Under the pieces are notes generated by a model that did not search any database, was not told the origin of the DNA, and saw nothing but the letters and a program-made list of their open reading frames with translations. Made by a program: the position numbers and the translations under genes. Shown in pieces: positions 37,951 through 51,671 of a DNA stretch of 64,000 nucleotides. The number at the start of each line of letters is the position of its first letter. Positions within the stretch are counted from its first letter, which is position 1. Origin of the DNA: Hydrolagus colliei (taxonomy: Eukaryota); contig CM068754.1 in NCBI GenBank assembly GCA_035084275.1, positions 10,850,001 to 10,914,000 of the forward strand, in the 5' to 3' direction.

Positions 37951-40900
37951 TATAACTTCCATTTTTGTAAATTACATGTTACGAGAGGAAATTCATTGGA
38001 ATTATCAAAATTCCATAGGTAACCAGCAAATGTAACAGAATCTATGCTCCCAACTATGCCCTAACCAAATTGATAGTCTGCAGCACGGAGTGTTGTGTGG
38101 AATCACAAATCATTGTGTTGGCTTCATTGCATGTGAACATAATAATGCTAATTCACCATAGGAAAGCAGACTCACAATACTGAAAGACTTTAATAAAATT
38201 ACAAAAGAAAGGTGTCTAACCATTCCGGGATACACTTCTCAATTTCTCTCAATCGCCTTCTTCAGCTAATATATGCACAAAAAGTAAGTGTCATACTGTC
38301 TGACCCCTATCCCTTTTATTTTCTGAAATAGACTCTATACAGAGTGCAAATAAACACAATTTGGTCAAAGGAAATCAATGTTGTTGAAGAGTAAGATTTT
38401 ATTTACAGAAAGTATTTTGCTAAGCATTCTGAGATGCTGCCCTGCATGGAGGGTGCGAAATAAGGGCATGTTATTGTTGATAAATGGGTAAGACATTCAA
38501 GAATTTTGTTAGCATATGCAGCTTGGCATCATGTTAAATGGAATTATTCGAAGATGCTAGTTGAGAAAGGCAAAGTATTTTAAGTATTCTATTTTCCCAT
38601 TTGTAAATTGAACAAATAACCCAATGAGGAAAAACAAGAATGAATGCCTTATGAATATTTATAATGGATATTTTGAAAAATGATACTATTAAAGAATGAC
38701 TGCTATGACTGATTATATTGTTCCAATAAAATTCTTGACAATAAATCCTAATAGAATTCCTAGGACTACACCTAGAGAATTATACTTGGAGATTAAAAGG
38801 GTTAGACATCCATTTCAAAGATCTTGCACCAGCTTGTTCGATTTGACTCATTTCCATCTAACAGAAAGGGCTTTTATTATATAGCAGGTTTACATTAAAT
38901 GCCAATGGAGGTAAATTATTGTATCTGTTCCATTTAGAGCAAAGCAGCCTATACCAATTGCTACTTTGTGCAAACAGTGCATGGATGTCATGTAAAATTA
39001 TATTACTATTCCATACAAAATGACAACTTATGAAATTATAAGTACTGTGTATTTAGTGCCAAACAACTCGATCAGACCACGCAGCTATTTTGTAGTTAAC
39101 AATAAAATGGCTCCCAGATCCACTATGAAGATCTTATACGTAACAAAACACAAGGCATGAAAATGAACACCCTCCAAGACTTTGCAAAAAAATCCACGAA
39201 AACTATTTGCTATATCTGATGGTTAGTATTAAATTAGTCAGAATATCACCAAAGCAATTTTTGAAGGGTTATTTCAAAATAGGCATTTGACACCTAGGTA
39301 ATATTTAAGCAAAGTGAACTACTGAGAATTGGTTGGAATAGTTAATTGGACAAATGTCTATGGATTATCTAAAAAAAACTGATTAAAACAAATTGTTGTC
39401 TCACTCTTTGTGCACCCCCACCCCACCACACACACACCCGTCCCAACACATTTTAATCATTACGTAAGAAACCAATTATTAAAAATACTGTGATATAAAA
39501 CATCTAGCCAACCTTGCAAAGTGGTACACAGATATAGGCAGAGTTTCCTTCCGAGGCATAACTTATGTCCACTTGATGGCTACAATAACTCACAAGATCA
39601 AGAGCTCACTGTTTTGGAACTCATAGCAAGACAGTCAAAATCACATCATCGGTCATGAGGAGATTTTTCTAAAAAGATGGCAGTTTGCAAGCCAACACAA
39701 CTGAGTTGGCTTCATTTTTCCAAAAGAATTAAAGAAAAATTTGTTATGCAACAAAACACACAAGAAGTTAAAACTAATTTTTTTTAAATGAGTTGTGGAT
39801 TTACTTGAAATTTAGGTTTAAAATTACTCTCTAATACAGGCAGCAATGTAATTCCTAAAAAAATGCAGATTACACAAGACATGGAACCTACAGCAGAGTG
39901 CATCAGAATCTAATAGAATTCATATTCATATTCATATTGCCCTCAAATGACTGAATTTGTTAAAAAAAAGGTGACACCTGTAAAATATAATAAGATTTAA
40001 TTCTAAAACATAACATGAATAAATATATTCCATATTCCTTACCTACATGGGGAGATAGGTTCTTTTAACTGAAAACTAAGATCATACAAAACCATGTTTT
40101 GAAAATACCTTATTTTTACATCAAACTACTAATTTGTCACAAGTGGGATAAAGCAGCTTTATTAATCACCAGATATTTAAATACATCCAGCTTGGATGGG
40201 ATGAATATTGTGTCCCTTAATGTCGAGCTGTGTTGGTCATAATACATGATTCTGAAAAAATATATCCTGCAGAGAAGGCAGCTTTTACATAGAGCTGTTT
40301 TTGTGAATTACTCTTGTACAGATTCATTGAATGTCTTCGTACATAGACTTGCTGGTTAAATTTTACCACTAAAATAGGCTGCTTGGCAACTGAACTTAGC
40401 AAATTAATATGACGCTATTTTTAAATCTGAATCAATTATTTCTGTAATTAAACTCAACCTTGGCATGGTACATCCAGAAAGTAGGAATAACAGGTTCCAA
40501 AGATGGGGAATAAAAACAAATCACAGAAGAATGCACATCCAGCTGATTTGTTGACATTCATTTCCAAATTGTAAAATAAAGCCTCAGCACACTTTAAAAT
40601 ATTTAATTGGAGAAACACATTCAGTAACTAATCTGGATTAATCATATGCAGGTCGATTCGATGCAAATCAACAACTGAGTGTAGATAAGTTCCAGTCCTA
40701 TAGTATATTTTCTGAATTGCACTCTGCAGCATTAGAAATTCCAATTACTACACACAATGTTATTTAATTTGTTTTTGTATCAGGTTTCTGTTGTAATTTC
40801 AATAGTTGATATCTATTTAAATAGCATATAGAAAGTTGATCATAAATGCCATTATTCATATTTGTAAAATAACTACACAAACCTATGCAATCTTTGTGAT

Positions 40901-41819
40901 AAAGGTGTAAGAACATCCAGGATTTATTCTAAATCAGAAGGGATTGAGTTAATCAATATGGTATGTAAGTGCTGCATTCACAACATCACCTAATTAAATG
41001 ATAGCTATGTAGTCAACGATATTAGATCAAACTGTTGGTGCAGTCAGTTTTCATGCTGCAATGAAACTTGAATTTTGGCACCTAATGATTGTGGCTTACC
41101 AGCTCACATCTCTTATGTTATATATGATATACGAAATAATGCAACTCAATACTGTATAAGCATTTATTTTATCTTGAATAGAATGCAGTATTTCATAAAG
41201 ACTAATCATATTAAGTTTCTTAAATTTCAGTGAAGGATCATTGATAGATTTTCTCAATAAAATCTGAGGACCAATGCATTTGAATTCATATACTGCATCT
41301 GTAATTTATGCAATAAGTAACAGTTGTGTTACGGTACCTCATCTGAATTTGCTATTAATCACACGTTGTCCTGGGCTGACCTACTTGTGCACTTTTGAGC
41401 AGGACTACTACTCGGGGAAAATGGGCAGAAGCTCTGACCAACTTTCTCTTGTCTAAACCAACTGCCTTGAGGCATATTGTAGAATGCTAACTAACGCTCA
41501 AAATATCTCACAGTCATAAATGTGATTAAAAATGCACACTGGTCCATTAGGCTTTTTTTACAATGAGGACCAGGAGGAATAAACATTTCTTCTGAAATAG
41601 TGTTATACTAGCTTTTGTTACTAGCCTGTATAGTATTAAAATAAGTTAAAGCCTGAATACGATTAATTGACTATTTAAATCTACAGAATAAAATTGTGGT
41701 TAGCTTCATTAACTGACAATTTGACTGGTTTTATTTTCTATTCAATCCAGTTTACAATAAACCCTCAGCTGGCAGCAAAATACTGTTGTGTTAGCTATTC
41801 TTAGCTCATTAGACTAAAA

Positions 41820-41920
41820 ATATCACAAAATATGCCACTTTACAGTATTATCTGTGAAGCACTTTGAGACGTCTCAAAAACATAAGACGACGGCACTATT
41901 TTAAATGCAAGGATTATTAC
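41820..41920 (+). mobile_element. SINE 3' tail (KLHL13 intron 5)
   Basis: cactttacagtattatctgtgaagcactttgagacgtct...aaatgcaaggattatt. Confidence 0.75.
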
Positions 41921-42165
41921 TCTGCCATTACTTCCAATCAGTTGTTACATTCTACTTCTTGTGAGCTAAAGTTCTAGCTGGGATTCCATGGCTCTATCCA
42001 AAAATATATGAGCAATTAAATGTTTTCATAACTATGCTTCAGAGGATGACTTAAAAGGACAATATAGATACTTGAGGCATATTATCACATACAACTAGAA
42101 TACTCAGTGTAATTAGTTCTGAAAGAGTTAGTTTCAGATGTTCACAAATAAAAAAATATACCTAC

Positions 42166-42961
42166 CCAATTCGCCTGCTGCATTTCTACCACCGACAGCA
42201 TAAAGATGTCCTTTCAGAGCACTTAGGTGGAAGAACGTACGCTTTTCATTTAAAGACGCTACTTGCATCCATTTGTTGTACCGAGGATCATATCTGAACA
42301 CTGTGTCGACAGCTGTCTTTCCTTTTGTATCGTAATTGCTTTGCCCACCTACAACATACAGGAAGTTTCCAATCACTGCAATACCGTGTTGGTACCTTGG
42401 TGCATCCATTGGAGCGAGTGCTTTCCATTCGTGAGCCTTTTCATCGTACAATCTTAGTTCTTTGCTCACAACCAGCTGTTGCCTTAACACCCCGCCCAAG
42501 GTTACTAAATGCGTATTATCTGAACGAATACAGGTTCTCTCGGACTGCATTACAGGCTGCATGTAGGGCATCATCTGATAATTACTAGCTTCCAGTAGCA
42601 GGTTGACACAGACATTGTCTGTTCTCATGAAGTCCACAGTCTGAACATGATTAATTAGTTCCTGTGGTGACATCAGCGGAAACCTAATGTTCTTCATTAA
42701 CTTCGAGGCAAAATCCATTCGCGAATCCTCATACCTCAACCAACGGCAAGCAGACTTAAAAAGCTCAAGTTCAGTGCAGTTTTTCAAACTGTTGCTTGAA
42801 AGCACAAAGGCGAGTCGCTCAAAGGGGAGCTTCACAAATTCACCAGTACTTAATAATGCAGGGAAATTCTTCAGAATGAAATTATTTACATATTTATCAA
42901 CTTCTGTTAAGTTGTATGTATTGGCAATGCGTCCTACCTCGACACAGTTGTCAAGAGAAAC
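42166..42961 (-). CDS. KLHL13: KLHL13 coding exon 5 ([10 protein letters not shown]...GRNAAGEL), BACK domain and first Kelch repeats
   Basis: Extends ORF 42134-42835 upstream. Acceptor cttctag|GTT, donor TTGG|gtagg, 796 nt. Kelch GG motifs (LYVVGG, LYAVGG). Confidence 0.97.
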
Positions 42962-43729
42962 CTAGAAGATACAAAAAAAAGTGATTTGTTGAAGCAATAT
43001 TTAAATATTTGACAGATTATTTTATTGAATTGTTACTTTTGCCCAAATGCTGGTATAGAAATATACACTGCTCATTTAATCATCTATCTGAAAATAGATA
43101 TCCCTATCACATTCCACTACACAGGATTGTTTATTCTAGATCAAATAAAATTGTTCATTTAAAAAGCACAAACATAACTTCTGCCTTTGACATTTCAAGA
43201 CCAGAAGTGCCAGAGTGCTGGTGCCTGCCAAAAGCAAATGCTGACTGTAAAAGATGAATAATCAGTATTAAGCCATTTTCTGACCTCTAATCTAAGAAAG
43301 TTTGGCGCAAATACAGGAAACATTTTAACAGTGTCCGTTGTGCAAAGCTGAACAAAGATCCCATTCTATTAGACCCTGTGATACCCCACCTTGTATACAA
43401 TGTGTGTGTGTATATATATATTAAAAAATCCCTCTGTGCACACAGTGGACCCATAGAACACCGGAGATGTGATACACTTCTGGCTTCCAGCACTGACTGT
43501 GACTGGTTTCCAACATGTAGCACAATGGCAAAGGAGGATGCTGTCTATCTAGTTTGCTGCACCCATGGGCGTCGCAGTTGAGATGTGTCAAAAAGCACTT
43601 GCTTGAAGGGAATGATATAAATGGAAGTTGTTGTTCTCTGGCAAACTGACCTGGCATCATTTTTATAGCTAATTTTATAACTAATTTTATGGACCAAAAC
43701 CACTGTGTTAATGAGGCCTGTCTGTATTA

Positions 43730-43849
43730 TATTTACCCACAAATATAGAGTCAATTCACTTTACAGTATATTCTGTGAATCACTTTCGAGACATCGATAA
43801 AATGTGAAAAGCGCTATAATAAAATGCAAGGATTATTATTAGTATTATT
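43730..43849 (+). mobile_element. SINE 3' tail (KLHL13 intron 4)
   Basis: cccacaaatatagagtcaattcactttacagtatattctgtgaa...aatgcaaggattattatt. Confidence 0.8.
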
Positions 43850-43918
43850 GAACTATACATTTGATTACATTTCATATTGAAGTAGATTGATTATAGAAAT
43901 ATTGATTTGATATCTTAC

Positions 43919-44115
43919 CCCAGATATGAGAAATACTTTACAGAAGTCCAAAACAGGTAAGATCTGCAAAAAGCTGGCTGCTTCCAAGGTGTCCTGAAGG
44001 TTGTCCATGTTCAGGGAAAGTTTTGCAGTATAAATGAAGTCAATGATTTTCTTAAGCCCTATTCGGTTCACTCCATGCAGTTTAATACACATTAGGTCCT
44101 GTTCCTTCATTCCAC
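43919..44115 (-). CDS. KLHL13: KLHL13 coding exon 4 ([15 protein letters not shown]...FCKVFLISG), BTB domain
   Basis: Core of ORF 43865-44158. Acceptor aacaag|GTGG, donor TCTGGG|gtaag, 197 nt. Confidence 0.96.
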
Positions 44116-44880
44116 CTTGTTCAAATGGAAGAAAAAGTCTTGTTTTAAACTGTGTCAATTAAGGAAATGTATGGTTGTTTTTATTACGCAAAAAGGAACG
44201 ACAAATTATTTACAGATTTTTTGAATCAATTTCAATGCTGGGAATTACTACATTTTAAAGATGGTTACATTATCCTTTTAACAAAGTTGAACTATTAAAG
44301 GATTCTGATGTTTAAGTTTGGATTAAGAATGACATAACTAATAAAGTAGCCCTAATTATATTCTGACATTATCAATAAATAATTTGTTGGCAGATTGCTG
44401 TACAACACAGATTGCTATACAAAGCTATTGCTTCTGCCCATAATTTTCAACACAAAAGTAGGTCTGATAATCATGACATTTTATAGCTTTTGATATACAA
44501 AACAAGCTTATATTCTTTGTACAACAAATCTGATACCTCATGTAAAACTATCTGCAGAATTGACTAAAATACTCAAGGAAAATTGTTATTTTAGATTTTC
44601 AACATGTTATTTTAGATTTTATTTAGAAATGCAATGCATCACACAATTGTAACAATTGTTGAAAACTGAATACATTAAAATCAGCTTTAAAATTACCTCA
44701 TTTTTCCTTCTCACAACAAAAAAAACATTGAGTGAAGCACCATTTGTAGCGAGAGATGATTACATAGGCCTTTGCAGGCTTCCAGAAAGCAATTTCAGTG
44801 TTACATTTTTTGCAACACTCCTTACGCTTCATAACAATGGCCTGTAGAATGAGAGTGGCTATGAGAGTTTGGGAGCTTAC

Positions 44881-45013
44881 CCGTGAACATAGCTTTGAAG
44901 TAGTCACTGGCTGATGCCATCATAGCCCTATGGACAGGAAATACTTCATCTCCGTCACCTGGTACTAAGGTAACATCACAAAGTAATCCTTCGATTCGAA
45001 GCTGGTCAAATCC
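44881..45013 (-). CDS. KLHL13: KLHL13 coding exon 3 ([44 protein letters not shown]), start of BTB domain
   Basis: Acceptor ttttgtag|GGA, donor ACGG|gtaag, 133 nt. BTB motifs LCDV, HR..MAS.S.YF.AMF. Confidence 0.96.
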
Positions 45014-46323
45014 CTACAAAATAAGATATTTTAAATGACCTGGAGTAAGTTGTCACATGAAAAAAGCATTTTAAAGCACTTGCAAAAATTAAAAATGATC
45101 AAAAACACTTTGTACAACATTTGGAAAATGTTAAAACATCATGAAACTGAAAATGCAATTGGATTTTGGAAAAACAAAATAAATTACAACTCCTAGATTT
45201 GGAATGAACAGTTTCAACTGCTCCTCCCCATCCGAAAAGAAACAGGGAAATAAAACATATTTTGTAGCCGTAAATATGAAACTCAGAATAGGGATATAGA
45301 AAAACAGGAGGAGGCCATGAAACATGTTCTAGTACCAAAGAATAGTATTAAAAGGCTAGGCAACAAATTGGTTTCTGAACATCTATAAAAAAAAGGTCAA
45401 GTAGAAAATGGCAACCCACATTATGACGATTAAGAGATTAGAATATATTATAATCGGCATATTAATGTGTCAAAGAATATATATATTTTGACATTTAGTG
45501 GGTATTTTTAAAAATAAAATTTGCCCACATTGAATCAGATTTCACTCATAAAAATACTGCCAGTTAATGGGCAAGGCAGGAAATCATTGTTAGGGGGAGT
45601 GTTCCTTTTAATATTCAGTTTTGGTCACTTGATAATAACCTGTCATTAATGTACCTTTTAACAGACCTGATTGAAAACTATTTGAAAAGTGATTTTTCCC
45701 ACACCATCATTAAATGTATTTATTCCCTTAAGATTTGAAAGCTAGGGTTAAGATTAAAATAGGCCACAAGGCATTATGAGGCATAATCAATATTGTATAG
45801 AGAAACCAGCTTGCAGTTTTACAGGAGCTTTTATTGAGCCAGAAACTTAAAAGGTTCTGGAGTGCAAAGGAGAGCACGACAAGGCCCATAGTCCGAGCTT
45901 CAGGAAATGACAATGCATATACTATTTGTGCAAGAACATGGTGTAAAATGGATGCTAAGATATCATTATTTTTTGAAAACATGAAAATATGAGTATTTAT
46001 TGATTGTGTATGTTTCAACAATTTTGGATCCTTTTCTCCCCAGCCACTGTCTAGTGACTGGTTCAGCAAAGTTTATATCAACTGGTCAATGCAGATATTA
46101 ATGAGTAGTTATGTCCTGTATATAAAAGACTAGGACATAGACAGACACAGTGGGGTCTAATCTGTGATGTTCAACAAATTTCTTAAACACATTTTCAAAT
46201 CATTGGTACATTGTTATTTACACACCTCTTATTGTGAAATCTGTTAACAAATACTGCCTGCTAGACCAGAGTTTCAAAGACAAATAAGATGTCACTGATC
46301 CTAACTTGGAATATATGTTATAC

Positions 46324-46465
46324 CTGTAGCACTGTGGAACTGTGGGTATTGCTAGTGAAAAAACGAGTGTTGCTGGTCTTTGAAGACTGCAAATGGGCTG
46401 TCACTCCCATGTCGCCACTTGCCAAGGACACTTTCAAATGAGGATCTTCGTCTTCAACCAGCGAT
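46324..46465 (-). CDS. KLHL13: KLHL13 coding exon 2 ([20 protein letters not shown]...[13 protein letters not shown])
   Basis: Acceptor tgcag|ATCGCTG, donor CTACAG|gta, 142 nt. Contains the FTSNTHSS motif of KLHL9/13. Confidence 0.95.
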
Positions 46466-48078
46466 CTGCAGCGATACAGAAGCGGAAATAAGCTTCACTC
46501 AAAACATTTTCCCTTTAGTACAAAGATTGTAACCATCTAATTTGGGATCCATTTAACAGCAAGACACTTTTGAGATGTACTAAAATTGACATTAAAAAAG
46601 GTCCCTAAAATCAATACAAAAAACACACATCAGCTTCATCCGCTCAAACTGCAAAGAAACAGCACAGGGTCAACTGACTGATGTCACAGCACTTCTGTGT
46701 GATCAGTTAAAAATACAAAATACTCACAAATGCCGAAATTTAATACTTTACTGAAAATGGAATACAACATTAAAAAAAAAGGTAAATTTACATGATATGA
46801 TCACTAAAATCTATCTACTCTTGCTTTGGAAGAAGTGTAAACAATTTTGTAATAACTCAAGCATAAGGGAAACAAAATTGTCTCATGTAGTATTTTACAA
46901 TGCCACAACTCAAAAACCTTCAACAGAGCAAAAGATCTCAAAGTTCCAGTAAAAGGATATAATAAATCAAATTAATCTGAGGAAAGGCTGTCAGAATTCA
47001 TGAAACAGATTCTGATTTATGTTTTGGGCATTTAATTAATGATATGCAACAGTGGAAAAGTTATGCTCCTCCTCCTGAACCTATTATTCTACAAGTCTTT
47101 CTCAGCACGGACTTCTCTGTTCTCTAAAGCTAGGATCAGAAGTTGCTGAAATGCATCATTAGAACCAGCAAAAATCGTCATTTGAAGAAATAAATATAAT
47201 TTACATATATCCAGTGCTCTACCCACAAGACTTCTGGTAAGGATAAAGATGGAGAAGTATCAAAATTAGAATTTCACTTAGTTTTAAATGGACGTATTCT
47301 ACAAATTTTTTAAAGAATTAAGTGCTTCATAATATCACTGGCTTTGGGTTGTAGTCAACAATGAATAGACAGAGAACACAAGGTTTTATGTGCTCCTTGT
47401 TGTGACTTCAGTCAGAATAATTGCTTGACAGTTTCTGTATGTTGTGAAGTTCATTAATACAATGTTTATTCATAAATTGTATAATCTACATTTATAACTG
47501 AATATGCGCCAACACTGAGTTTAAAGGGAAGGCATGTGGCAATCGCAATTTAATTTCAAAATTAAAATTCCGTGTACAGAATGTATAGCACAGATATCCA
47601 ATCACAGCTGTGGCAGTATTTCACCAGTAATCCTATGTAAATTAAATCACTCACAAAGAAAATGCCCCCCAAGTGTTGTGAGCCACATGATCTTTCCTGC
47701 AATGCATTACAAGCGATATGTGGTGGTTGTGATGATTATTTTGCCATGTAAATTATTTTTTTCAAAAAATACGCCACAGCTCTGGAACAACATTCCATTA
47801 TACAGCAGTAGTTTTTTCTTCATGCAAATGGAGCGTACCCTAAAATATATTTGCACAACCTGCATGCGGATTATTTTTTGTATTTGGTTTTGGATTCATG
47901 TCATAAATATATTTATAAATAAATACATTTTGAAAACAAAAGCTTTTCTTCTTGCAATGGAGCTGCAGTTGTGTATTTCTCCTCACAATGCAATTTCTGA
48001 ATGAGGTGAGGCAGTAGCCCCTTCCCTGATGGGCAAAATATGCAGTTGGTTTTATTCCACCACACAGAAGGTATTTGA

Positions 48079-48297
48079 GATAATAATACTAATAATAATC
48101 CTTACATATGATATAGCCTTTTCACATCTTATCTATGTCTCAAAGTGCTTCACGGAATATACTGTAAAGTGAATTGACTGTATAGTTTGTGGGCGGAATG
48201 CGGCAGCAAATTGCGCACAGCAGTGTCCCCACAAACAGTCGTGGATTGAAATGACAAATTTTATTATTGTATGCTTTTTTTGCAGGGATTATTATTA
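48079..48297 (-). mobile_element. SINE 3' two-thirds (intron 1)
   Basis: Tail plus gcggcagcaaattgcgcacagcagtgtccccacaaacagtcgtggattgaaatgac. Confidence 0.85.
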
Positions 48298-50005
48298 GAG
48301 ATGGCTTAGAGTTCCATTTTTTTAAGAATTGGAATTGAGTCTTCTTGTAGCCGCTCATCAGCTTTTGCAATGATTCGTTTTTATCACAAATGTTTATTTT
48401 TGGGCAGGCTAGATGGTATTTAATTTACTTTCCAAGGTAACAAAGTAAAAGGTGCTGCCTATTTAGATAGGCTTGTTTGTGATTAGGTTTTGTACCTCCC
48501 CAATAATACAATAATGTGGGAATGACATGCACAAATTCAACAAATGCATATTGGATTCATGGCTAGGTTGACACTGCTCTAGCATATTCACTCACAACTT
48601 TATAAAGAGCCACAGTGATGACTGGGATATTGAGAATAAAGGATCCCACCCAAAACATTAACCTACTATCTCTTTCAGATGCTAAATTACCAGCAGTACA
48701 TGTCCAGCATTTTCCAGTTTTATTTCAACTACAAATTTCCTCTTTAGAGATACTTAATGCCATTGGTTTATGAAAGGAAGTCAGAATCTATTTGGTTTTA
48801 TATAATTTAATTTAAAACATGGTAGATTTCAGATAACGCTTCTCTGGAAGCAGACAGAATATGGAGGAAACATAATGCAATTAATGTTGCCAGTGATCGC
48901 AACATAATCTCAAACAGTTGCTTCTCTGGTGGTTACATTTAGCTGTGAACAAAACATTTGTGGGTTACACCAAAATAATTTGACAGTCGCTGCCGGATTT
49001 TAAATCCTACTGAGTTCATTTTCTCATCTCCATTCCTTACAGCCCAAAGGAAGTATATTATCATTTAGATAGGCATAGGAAATATCACCTGCTGAATTTT
49101 GATGACATTTGCTTTATGCAGTGTGGAACCTACTAGACATATATTCCTTTGATATTCTTATGTAGACTAGAGTTACAGTGAATGCATTACAGACCAAAGC
49201 AACCTCTATATCCTCACAGCTGCTCACTAAAATGGTTAGACTATAAAATATTGCTCTTAACAGTATCTTGTAAGAAAACAAATAGCTGGCAGTGAACTAT
49301 GCTAGCATATTTACAGATACATAAATTTCAAATGTACATTAATTCATAGGTGCAAGCAAGGCATTAAATCTAACTAAACAGCCAAAAATCAGAAAGTCGA
49401 GGATCGGAGCCCAATTTGAAAAATACAATTTAAAAGCTAAATTAACAAAATTGGAACTTGTATTGTTTTGATTCTAAATGTCATTGAAATACACCACATA
49501 CCAGAGCCGAGAAAAGTAAATCATTTGAAATCTTAAAGAAGCTAGATTAGCTTTTCCAGAAGATCACTCATTACTTATTTGAAACAAGTTTTGCATTTTG
49601 AACCTTGTCCTCCAATACGATATATGAATTGCTAGTAGGATTTATTATGCAGTTTCTGGACAGGTTTACCTAATTTGTGCTTTGAGACATCTCGAAGACG
49701 TGATAAGGTGCTATATCAAATGTGAGGTCATTCAAAATTCTTAAATTGTTATCAAGCTGGTAATCCCTTATTCCTTGGTCATGTATTTCCCTTCCAATGA
49801 ATGGGAATAGTTTTTGTTGCTAAATGTACAATTAACCGGAAACAGTCCATTTTCTTCTTTCAACAAATACACGTGTCTATTGGACTCTGAGCTCATAGTC
49901 TGCCACTCCAATCCACTCTCAGAGGTCCAGTGTCATATCTCACAAATCACATCAGAGTTTTCTGTAAGTATTTTGAGATAATGTAAGACTCAGTATAAAA
50001 GACCT

Positions 50006-50058
50006 GGCACAGACTCGATGGGCCGAATGGCTTGCTTTTCTGCTGTAAAATTCTATGA
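50006..50058 (+). mobile_element. CR1/HER1-type 3' tail, apparently within a decayed SINE tail
   Basis: ggcacagactcgatgggccgaatggcttgcttttctgctgtaaaattctatga matches the recalled CR1 3' terminus. Followed by aaatgcaagcattatt. Confidence 0.7.
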
Positions 50059-50589
50059 AAATGCAAGCATTATTATATTATTTGTGAACAGATTGTAATT
50101 ATTTTATTTTTTTAAATGCAAAGATCAGGAAGCCAACCTTCTGAGGAACAGGCTTTTGCTATGTACGAGGCATGATCCCACTGTTTATTCCTGATTAATT
50201 AAAGTACATACCTACTCTAAAACAGAACTATGACAGACTAGACTAAATATATCCAGACAGTTTATCTATTTGTATACATTCTTTCCTATTAGCTAGCCTT
50301 GTCCATTAATTTTCTAATGATAGCTAAAATAGCAGCAGTAAGTTAACATCAACGTTAGTATGGACACTAACTCAAATATAAACAATGAAACATGGTTAAA
50401 GTTCATAACTGAAACTTTCAAACTGAATATTGCACACTCCATATCAACTTTGATCTGATGGATCAAGATATCATATAAGTAGACAAGCACCAACCACTCA
50501 CCCATCAATCTGAAAAGAATCTGACATATGGTATATATAGGACCAGGCACTCCTGGTCAAAGGATTGCAATCTTAGTTACACGCTTTAA

Positions 50590-51170
50590 TATGGTCTGAC
50601 GATATATCGATATATCGCTGAAACCCGATATAATTTTCATATCGATACGCCGATATAGGCATTTCAAAAATATCGATATATCGAAAAGTCAATATAAAAA
50701 ATCGGAATGCGCGCACACTGAACTACAAGACCCAGAATGCTCATCTCTATACACAATGCACAGACTGAGGTGCAAAGCCGCCATATTGTATTCATAGTCC
50801 TAGAATACAATATACAGGCATGTGGGGGGGGGGGGGGGGGGGGGGGAGAGAGAGATGGCTGTGGGGTGGGGAGGGGGAGAGAGACGGCTGGGGGGGAGGG
50901 AGAGAGAGATGGCGGGGAGGGGTAGGGCGAGAGACGGGGTGGATGTGATAATATACAGATAGATAAGAGATGGGGGGGATGTGAGAGAGGAGGGAGACAC
51001 AGAGACACAGATAGAAAAACACAGAGATGGAGAGAGTGAGTGTGAGAGACACAGAGAAAGATATTTACCTCCGGAGATAGGCCCCGAATGCGCGCGCACC
51101 CCGAATGCGCGCGCATGCACAGTACGAAAAATATATCGATATCGGAAAATTTCGATATCGACGGACCCTA
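50590..51170. mobile_element. hAT-like MITE with CGATAT subterminal repeats and a G/GA-rich core
   Basis: Imperfect TIRs TATGGTCTGACGATAT / TAGGGTCCGTCGATAT. Many CGATAT/ATATCG motifs at both ends, CpG-rich. No matching 8-bp TSD is visible. Confidence 0.72.
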
Positions 51171-51487
51171 GTTGAGACTTGAAAGCAACTACACACGTAG
51201 AATCCACAACGTACCACACACCCCAGTTCCTCAGCAATATTTCAGAACCAATTCGTAAAGAAACTATGATATATATGAAACAACCATTATTCAACCGCTT
51301 ATTACAATCTTTCACTCGTGACACAATAATTTTACTGATTGATTGAAAAGCCATGAAGTAGAATTCCCATCGAAACCCAAATCACCTCACTTACTTTGTC
51401 TAAAATTGGACAGATCTGCAGTACGTATAGCCAATGAATATGGTACTTGGGTTTATTACGCCTTACAATATTCCTTCGACAAAAAAT

Positions 51488-51666
51488 AGTAAGTTAGTCA
51501 TTTAAATCCATGACTATTTGTGGGACATTCATTGCTGTATGCAATTGGCTGCCGGGTTTTGCCCACAAGCATACATTCAATTCACTTTACAATATATTCT
51601 GTGAAGCACTTTCAGACATCTAGAAGATGTGAAAAGCACTATATGAAATGCAAGGATTGTGATTGT
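51488..51666 (+). mobile_element. SINE 3' half
   Basis: aatccatgactatttgtgggaca...gcaattggctgccgggttttgcccac...aaatgcaaggatt. Confidence 0.82.
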
Positions 51667-51671
51667 TAATA

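Noticed and set aside
47534-48004. 156-aa plus-strand ORF antisense to KLHL13 intron 1
   Set aside because: No recognisable domain or splice context; consistent with a chance ORF in AT-rich DNA.
50664-51354. Pro/Ser/Leu-rich ORFs of 150 and 184 aa
   Set aside because: They are translations of the low-complexity G/GA core of the MITE.
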